Made by a program: the position numbers and the translations under genes | Notes under the pieces: model-generated | The model's database searches: none | What the model saw: only the letters and a program-made list of their open reading frames with translations | What the model was told of the DNA's origin: nothing | Assembly: GCA_965203835.1 (NCBI GenBank) | Contig: OZ241919.1 | Coordinates: 596,188-660,187 of the forward strand | From: Dehalococcoidia bacterium | GTDB taxonomy: Bacteria > Chloroflexota > Dehalococcoidia > Lucifugimonadales > UBA3495 | Direction: 5' to 3' | DNA length: 64,000 nucleotides | Part shown: piece by piece, positions 10,412 to 16,073 of the stretch | Layout of the letters: every line of letters begins with the position of its first letter | Numbering within the stretch: the first letter of the stretch is position 1

Positions 10412-11158
10412 ATGTCAATCCGACACGTCCTGAGCTTTGGTGGGGGTGTGAACAGCGTAGCCCTCATGGTCGTCCTACTGCGAGAAGGGCTGCCCTTCGA
10501 TGAGGCGGTGTTCGCTGACACGGGAGGAGAGGTTCCCGAGACGTACCAATACCTGGAGATCGCCAAGCAGTACCTGGCCAATCATGAAATACCCCTCACT
10601 GAAGTATCCAAGCGGGGGCGCTCACTCTATGATACGGCGTGGGACCGTCGGGTATTTCCGTCAGCTATCTGGAGATGGTCTACCAGGGACTTCAAAATTA
10701 CGCCGATTCAACGGCATTACAGGTCGTTGGATGTTCACATCAACCAATACCTAGCTATCGCGTGGGATGAAGTCCATAGAATGAAGGACAGCCGGGTTGA
10801 CTATGTGACCAACCTGTATCCTCTAATTGACCGGCGTCTCACAAGGGCAGACTGTGTAGACATTATCCAGGAGGCTGGACTGCCCATCCCGCAGCGGAGC
10901 TCTTGTTTCTTCTGCCCGTTCAACTCCGTTGACCGGTGGCGCTGGTTATACGAAACCCACCCCGACCTCTTCGATAAGGCCATCGCACTTGAAGAAAACT
11001 CAAAGCACTTCCCCTCTCAGCGGCTCACAGATCAAGCCTTTCGTGAGAGGACTGACATCTCTCTCCGTTCCCTCGCCAAGATATTCGCTGACGGGAGTCC
11101 AATACTGGCTCAAACAGCCATCGAGCAACAGCCATGTGGGGCCGAGTGCGGGACATGA
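10412..11158 (+). CDS. PAPS-reductase / DndC-like PP-loop family protein
   Basis: N-terminal PP-loop block LSFGGGVNSVAL (SGGxDS-like, D replaced by N). C-terminal cysteine pair SSCFFCPF. Strong SD AAGGAGG. No CysH-type ECGLH C-terminus seen. Confidence 0.8.
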   Translation: MSIRHVLSFGGGVNSVALMVVLLREGLPFDEAVFADTGGEVPETYQYLEIAKQYLANHEIPLTEVSKRGRSLYDTAWDRRVFPSAIWRWSTRDFKITPIQRHYRSLDVHINQYLAIAWDEVHRMKDSRVDYVTNLYPLIDRRLTRADCVDIIQEAGLPIPQRSSCFFCPFNSVDRWRWLYETHPDLFDKAIALEENSKHFPSQRLTDQAFRERTDISLRSLAKIFADGSPILAQTAIEQQPCGAECGT

Positions 11159-11378
11159 GCAAATGGAAGCCTTTTTAGAGTCAGATAGTGGAAGCTCGCG
11201 AAGTTCCGCTGGCCCAGCCACGCTGGACTTAGCGCAAACCTCATCCCTCGTATCAGCATCCAAGCTGGAGTCCGTGCGGGTGCCAGTATGAGCACGGAGT
11301 GGATTACCCTCGGCCTTCCGAACCCGACGCGACTGGGTTGCTTTGCTTGAATGCTTCGAGTACGGGTCTCCCGCACAG

Positions 11379-11750
11379 CTATGCCATAGCCTGTATGACT
11401 ACTTCGCCCCCGCTTTCCACTTCAACGTTCAAGCTGTGCCCATCAAGCAACAGCATTCCTACCAGCGGAGTGCTGCCCGTCGCATCGGCTTCGATTTCCC
11501 GCGGCTCGTCATCCCACACGAGCGTAACGTTGTGAACGTTGAACTCCACTTGGTCGTCGTTGGCCAGGAATGCCCGGCCTACGTAAGCGAAAGGCAGCCC
11601 CAACTCGTTCACCAAAGTCGGCGGCAGGGTCAGGAAGCCGGTGTAGCCGGTGTCCACCACGGCCTCGATTTCCTGGGTCCGTCCTTCAGCACTCTGCAAG
11701 GTAAGGGATACTACCGCTTCATATGCGGCGTTCACCACGCCTTGGATCAC
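11379..11750 (-). CDS. Retropepsin-like (clan AA) aspartic protease
   Basis: 123-aa ORF with VVDTGYTGFLTLP (DTG active-site block) at the usual position. GTG start overlaps the upstream stop (GTGA). GGAGGA SD. Confidence 0.75.
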   Translation of the reverse strand: MIQGVVNAAYEAVVSLTLQSAEGRTQEIEAVVDTGYTGFLTLPPTLVNELGLPFAYVGRAFLANDDQVEFNVHNVTLVWDDEPREIEADATGSTPLVGMLLLDGHSLNVEVESGGEVVIQAMA

Positions 11751-12025
11751 CCGGTCCTCCGCAGGGACCCGGCACCGAAGCTGCGCAGCGCCCGGTATCC
11801 CACGCGCTCCATCAACACGTCAACCGCGCCGGGCCGCTGCGTCCGCAATCGCTCCAACGCTTCCTTCGCGCTGTTGGCGATGGCCCAGTCTCCGGTGTCC
11901 ACGTCGATAGCGGCGTACTTTCCAAAGTGACCGTCCTCGACCTTGGGCAGGACGTCGCGCTGGTAGATTTCCTGGCCCAAGCGGGCGATCTCTTCCTTCG
12001 GACGGGTTGGCGCGTTCACTGTCAA
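11747..12025 (-). CDS. Small partner protein of the aspartic protease (DUF5678-like, antitoxin-sized)
   Basis: ~90-aa ORF translationally coupled to the protease gene. Likely start is GTG at 12019, 8 nt after GAGGG. Function not recognisable. Confidence 0.5.
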   Translation of the reverse strand: MTVNAPTRPKEEIARLGQEIYQRDVLPKVEDGHFGKYAAIDVDTGDWAIANSAKEALERLRTQRPGAVDVLMERVGYRALRSFGAGSLRRTG

Positions 12026-12276
12026 AACCCTCGTGTTGGCCGGCTTCCGTGGCTGTCATTTTACACCGCCCGGCGGCCTTCGGACAAACCAAAAGGCCGA
12101 GCCTGCGGGCGTATCCGAGGCGGACCGCTGAATCAGCGGCCCACCCTTGTTCGTGCGTCCTGGCGGCCTGTGCCCACCGTTTCCGGCGGGTATCCCAGGT
12201 CTGCCCGCCCGCTGACTGTGGCTGAGCTTCCTGTCTCCGTTAGCAGGGAGGAGGCTGTTGGAACCGGGAGGCGGCG

Positions 12277-13458
12277 CTAAACGCCCTCCAGTTCACTCCG
12301 CTTCAGCATTGCGGAACAGCCCCGCTCGTCCACGATATGGTTCACCGACACCCGCCCCCGGCTGTCGTAGCCGGTGGTGTAGGCGAATTCCACTTGGGCG
12401 CCCCAGGGCACCCGGCCGCCGGTGCGGATGGTGCCGTCGCCAGGCTTGCCGTTGCTCCTCGGCCCACCGGCGCCCTTGATCACCACGCCCTTGCGGTCGT
12501 CCTTCTTCCAACCCATCACCCTGAGCCCCACCGGCGCCACCAACTCCGCCGCAGACGGCGCGAACAGAACCTGGTGCAGCCGCCGCAGCACGTCCCCCGA
12601 CGGCTTGCGCTGGCCGTTCATGACCAGGGAGAGCATGGCGGAACTGATGCCCGCCCGGCGGGCCGTCTCGTTCTGGCTGATGTCGTGAGCGTCCATGCGC
12701 TTCCACAGCACGCTGGGGTCCACGTCGGAGCACTGGGCGGACTCGACCTTCACCGGAGCCTCCAGCACCACCTCCATCCGGGCCTGGGCGGCGGGACTCA
12801 GACTGCGCTGGCCCCGGGACACCATGACCACGTGGCCGTAGCTCAATCCCGTCCGTTCCGCCACCTGCCGTAGGGTCATGCCCCGCTCCCGGGCCCGCTC
12901 CCGCAGGTAGGTACTCTCGCCGCCCTGGATCACGCTGCCCTGTCGGTTGGCGCACTCGGCGGGGGCGATCTCCACCGGACCGCCCAGCGCCTTCTCGACT
13001 CTGGCCTGGACCGCCGGACTCATGTGCCGCTTGCCCCGGGACACCTCCGACAAGTAGCCGGCGGACACGCCCACCAGGCCGGCCAGGGCCTTCATGTTCA
13101 GGCCCCGCTCCCGGGCGCGTTCCCGCAGGCAGGTGCTTTCGCTCTCTACGAGGTCGCCCTGTCGGTAGACCACGCCCTGCCCGGGCACCTCGCCAAGGAC
13201 CGCCTGCGCCCGTTCCCGCAGCATGGGAGACCAGGGGCGGCGCCCGCTGGCCACCGAGGACAGGTAGCCGTAGCTGACGCTCATCAGGTCAGCCAGTTCC
13301 CTGAGGGTGAGGCCCCTGCGCCGGGCGGCGGCGCGGAGTTCGCTCTCCGGCTTGCCCTGGTTGGGCTCCTGCTCTGCAGCGTTGGCGGAGTTGTAGTTGA
13401 CGTTTTTGACGTTGATCTTTGCCGTAGTGTCGATACCGGTATTGGAATTCGCCTTCAT
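12277..13458 (-). CDS. Transcriptional regulator with four tandem XRE-type HTH domains
   Basis: ORF track gives 12277..13917, but the ATG at 13458 has a GGAGGA SD and the upstream extension is Arg/Pro junk. Four repeats of the pattern RG(L/M)T(L)R..A...G(V/L)S.GY(L/V)S.V.RG.R..SP....R....L. Confidence 0.8.
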   Translation of the reverse strand: MKANSNTGIDTTAKINVKNVNYNSANAAEQEPNQGKPESELRAAARRRGLTLRELADLMSVSYGYLSSVASGRRPWSPMLRERAQAVLGEVPGQGVVYRQGDLVESESTCLRERARERGLNMKALAGLVGVSAGYLSEVSRGKRHMSPAVQARVEKALGGPVEIAPAECANRQGSVIQGGESTYLRERARERGMTLRQVAERTGLSYGHVVMVSRGQRSLSPAAQARMEVVLEAPVKVESAQCSDVDPSVLWKRMDAHDISQNETARRAGISSAMLSLVMNGQRKPSGDVLRRLHQVLFAPSAAELVAPVGLRVMGWKKDDRKGVVIKGAGGPRSNGKPGDGTIRTGGRVPWGAQVEFAYTTGYDSRGRVSVNHIVDERGCSAMLKRSELEGV

Positions 13459-13470
13459 GTCGTTTCCTCC

Positions 13471-13518
13471 AAAACGCAGAAAGCGGGGGCCGTCCTCGTC
13501 GATGAGGACGACCCCCGC
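13471..13518 (-). terminator. GC-rich hairpin with U-rich tail in the leader of the 4xHTH gene (terminator/attenuator candidate)
   Basis: Stem GCGGGGG(CC)GTCCTC / GAGGAC(GA)CCCCCGC at 13483-13518. On the minus strand it is followed by TTTCTGCGTTTT and then the SD. T-rich tails are present on both strands. Confidence 0.5.
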
Positions 13519-13868
13519 TTTGCTGTCAGCTGTTTGTTTTTTCAGTCGTCGGTGGCGTGGATGGCCGCGCCGGCGGCCCCATGGATGAGTGGTGGCGTCC
13601 GCCGTCCGGCGCAAGAGCGCCCAAGGTGGCGCCGGGGTTACGGTTTGTTCATGGGCATTCCTCCGTGGTCGTCGTAGTCGTGGATGTGGTCGTGGTGGCA
13701 GTAGCCGTCGCCGTGGTGGCATCGGCGGTTCACGCGAGGCCGTCCCTGCCGACAATGAGGTGGCGGCGCTGGCTGACCCGGCGCCGGTTTCGTCGTGTCG
13801 CAACTGGCAGAGACGCACGTCACCCCGGGACACAGGCCGGCCCGGAATGACGCGACGAGGAAGGGAAA

Positions 13869-14087
13869 GGGGAGAAAGGGTTGCGCCGTGGGGCAACGCC
13901 GTAACCGGCGATGACAAAGCGCAGAGCGCAACGAAGAGCGCCGCCGTGCCATCGGAGAACGACAGAGGCAGCGGAGAGAGGGAGGTCGGCTAAGCCAGGG
14001 AACGCCGGAGTTCATAGTCCGCGCAAACCCGGCGATGGCAATGAGCGAGGAACGGGGAGAGGGAGGGCTGCGCGGCCGGGGAACGCT
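13869..14087. repeat. Three imperfect direct repeats GGGGAGAG(A/G)GAGGG-N8-12-GGG(G/A)AACGC
   Basis: Copies at 13869-13900, 13971-14006 and 14052-14087, spaced roughly 80-100 bp. They lie in a ~1.2-kb stretch with no convincing ORF. Confidence 0.5.
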
Positions 14088-14739
14088 ATGTCAATGCCGA
14101 CGGCGCAGCAGAGGCACGATACCGGTCTGGCGCTGCCGCAATGCCGGAGCGTGGTATGAATGCCGCGACGTTGCTGTTGTTGAACAGCTACATCGCAGGC
14201 GTGAGGAAGCGGCCGGGGACGGCGATGCCCGTTCCAGCCGCTGAGTGAGGGGTGAGCGCTGTGTCCTGTGCGCTCGGAGAGTGAGTCAGACCGATTGGTT
14301 CAGGTCCTGGGTTGCCGTGTGGTTCTGGTTTTCACCTCCTGGACGATGTTGGCGACGCTGACGACCTGCGCCAGCATGGTGTGATGGTGTCCCGCATCGA
14401 CGTGGGCGCCGGAGGAGCAGGACTCAACCCCGGAGTGCCGCGTCACGCAGCGGGCAGGCGCTTGTCCCTGGTTGAGGCCGCCCGAGGGAGAGCGGGGCTC
14501 GATCCCTGGCGAACGGTCCGGGTCGGGGACGGACCCTCCAGCTTTCTGCGGGAAAACTGGCAAAAACCGTAAACTGCATTGATTATCACCCGCGCTCCCG
14601 CCGCAGGGAACGGTTACAGCGAGCACCTGGCCCGCCCCGACGGTGAATGCTTGCTCTACGCTCGCTGGAGGTTCGCTGGTATGCCGGAAACCTTGCCCGT
14701 CAGCATCGGCCCCGGCTTCGACCAACCACCACCAGCGGT

Positions 14740-15623
14740 CTAATCCCACCACGCCCCCAGGGTGAGGATCCGCCTGATCCAACGCAGCAGCGTGCGTTTC
14801 CTGATGGACACCTGGGTGCGGTACAGCGCCTTCCAGCGCCAGCGGGTGTGGTCCCCCGGGCCAAGCCCTTCACCGGCTGCAGCGCCGGCGGCACGGTCAA
14901 CTCGTGCTCTTCAAACATGGCCAACTCCAACGTCAGCAGCCGCTCCTGGTCCTCCAGCCAGGACAGGCTGCGGCCCCGGACGGGATGCCGGTCCTTGAGC
15001 TTGCGCCACTCCTGCACCAGGGGCCAGGCATCGCCGTAGACCTCCGGGTCGTCCTCGGCGGGTTGGCGGGTTACCATCTCCGGGTCCACGCGACGGCGGC
15101 GTGCCGGCCTGCCCGGTTTCAACCCCGCCACCGGCGGCGCCGTGGGCGTTACCGAGGCCGGGGTGTTTGCGTTGCCGCTTTCGGCCTCCGCCCCAGTCTG
15201 AGCCTCCCCTGTGTTCCCGCCGTCGCCGTCAGCGTCGCCGCGCACAACGTCCCGTCCCCCACCGGCCAACGGAGCCACGGGCAAAACATCGCCGCCCCTT
15301 TCCTCCAGGGCCGCCACACGCTCCGCCAGCCGCTCCACCTCCCCGCGCAGCCGCGCCACTTCAGAATCGCCGCCCGCGCCCAGCAGCAGTTCCAGGGCGT
15401 CGGCCACTCGCCCGGTGACCCGGTCCTCGTCCAGCGCCCGCGCCACGGTCTTGTAGTTCACCCCCAGCAGGGCCGCCGCCTCCATCCGTCCCTGCTGCCG
15501 CTCCAGCTCCCGCAGGAACCCCATCAGCTTGACCTCCCGCAGCCGCTCCACGTCCCCGTCCACGCCACCCGCACCGGCGCCATCCCCCGGCTGCGTCCCG
15601 TCCAACTCGCGCTCATCCATCAT
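14740..15623 (-). CDS. Hypothetical HTH/coiled-coil protein, apparent 1-nt frameshift near 14853-14857
   Basis: ATG at 15623 after GAGGAGG. HTH-like AAALLGVNYKTVARAL. Downstream of a C5 run, high third-position GC moves to another frame, which ends at TAG 14740 (...DHTRWRWKALYRTQVSIRKRTLLRWIRRILTLGAWWD). The uninterrupted ORF runs to 14700 with a low-complexity tail. Confidence 0.6.
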
Positions 15624-15644
15624 TGACCTCCTCGCCTTACCGTC

Positions 15645-15963
15645 CAATAGGGGGCTTGTCCTGTAGGGGGCCTTCCCGCTCCCCAACCAACCCCTTCCCC
15701 CCGATTGCTCTCTCCGATAGGGCTGGACGCTCACTTCCCAAAAGGGAAATGGCCCTGGCGTTTCCGGAACCGGCCCTCACCCCCAAGTGCTCGCCAATAG
15801 GGGATTCCGGCCCGGTTTCTTCCATCGGTTTTGAGTTCAAAAGGGCCGGAAAGTTCCCAAAAGGGAACTGACCCCAATCCCTGTACACGGGTATCACATC
15901 ACATCCGGCCCAATTCCTCCTATTCCCTATAAGGGAGGACGCCGGAGACCCTCCCTGTAGGGA
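15645..15963. promoter_or_regulatory. Motif array in a divergent intergenic region: six (A/G)TAGGG(G) sites plus two TTCCCAAAAGGGAA sites
   Basis: CCAATAGGGGG 15645; CTGTAGGGGG 15661; CCGATAGGG 15714; TTCCCAAAAGGGAA 15735 and 15854; CCAATAGGGGA 15794; CCCTATAAGGGA 15925; CCCTGTAGGGAA 15952. Confidence 0.45.
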
Positions 15964-16073
15964 ATTGGATTCCGCCCCCCGGCTTCCCACACTCGGTTGA
16001 GGGCGAATGCCCCCGGGACCGCCAACCGGCGGTCCCAAAACCCGGACATTCCGACGACATGGAGGCAGAATTT

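Noticed and set aside
11284-11306. Weak similarity between CCAGTATGAGCACGGAGTGGATTACC (11284) and GCAGTAATAGATACGGTGGTGGAGG (25638, next to the tRNA 3' end), considered as a possible attL/attR pair.
   Set aside because: Only about 16 of 22 positions match, and that requires gaps. Serine-recombinase sites need share only a 2-bp core, so this cannot be told apart from chance without an empty-site comparison.
12293-13677. ORFs 12293..12955(-), 12337..12873(+) and 13024..13677(+) overlapping the 4xHTH gene, plus the 13459..13917 upstream extension of that gene.
   Set aside because: Arg/Pro/Gly-rich junk translations. The HTH repeats define the true frame. The ATG at 13458 has a GGAGGA SD, whereas the extension has none.
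13557-13850. Plus-strand ORF with a poly-Val/Ala stretch (VVVVVVDVVVVAVAVAVVASAV).
   Set aside because: It mirrors the His/Asp-rich micro-ORF on the other strand. The (GTN)n composition makes both frames look biased. It has no SD and an Arg-rich remainder.
14300-14782. 160-aa minus-strand ORF. Its last ~55 codons (...CVTRHSGVESCSSGAHVDAGHHHTMLAQVVSVANIVQEVKTRTTRQPRT) have high third-position GC.
   Set aside because: Not called as a gene. There is no convincing start or SD, and the N-terminal part overlaps the neighbouring gene with poor codon bias. A short real gene or a decayed remnant cannot be excluded; transcript or homology data are needed.
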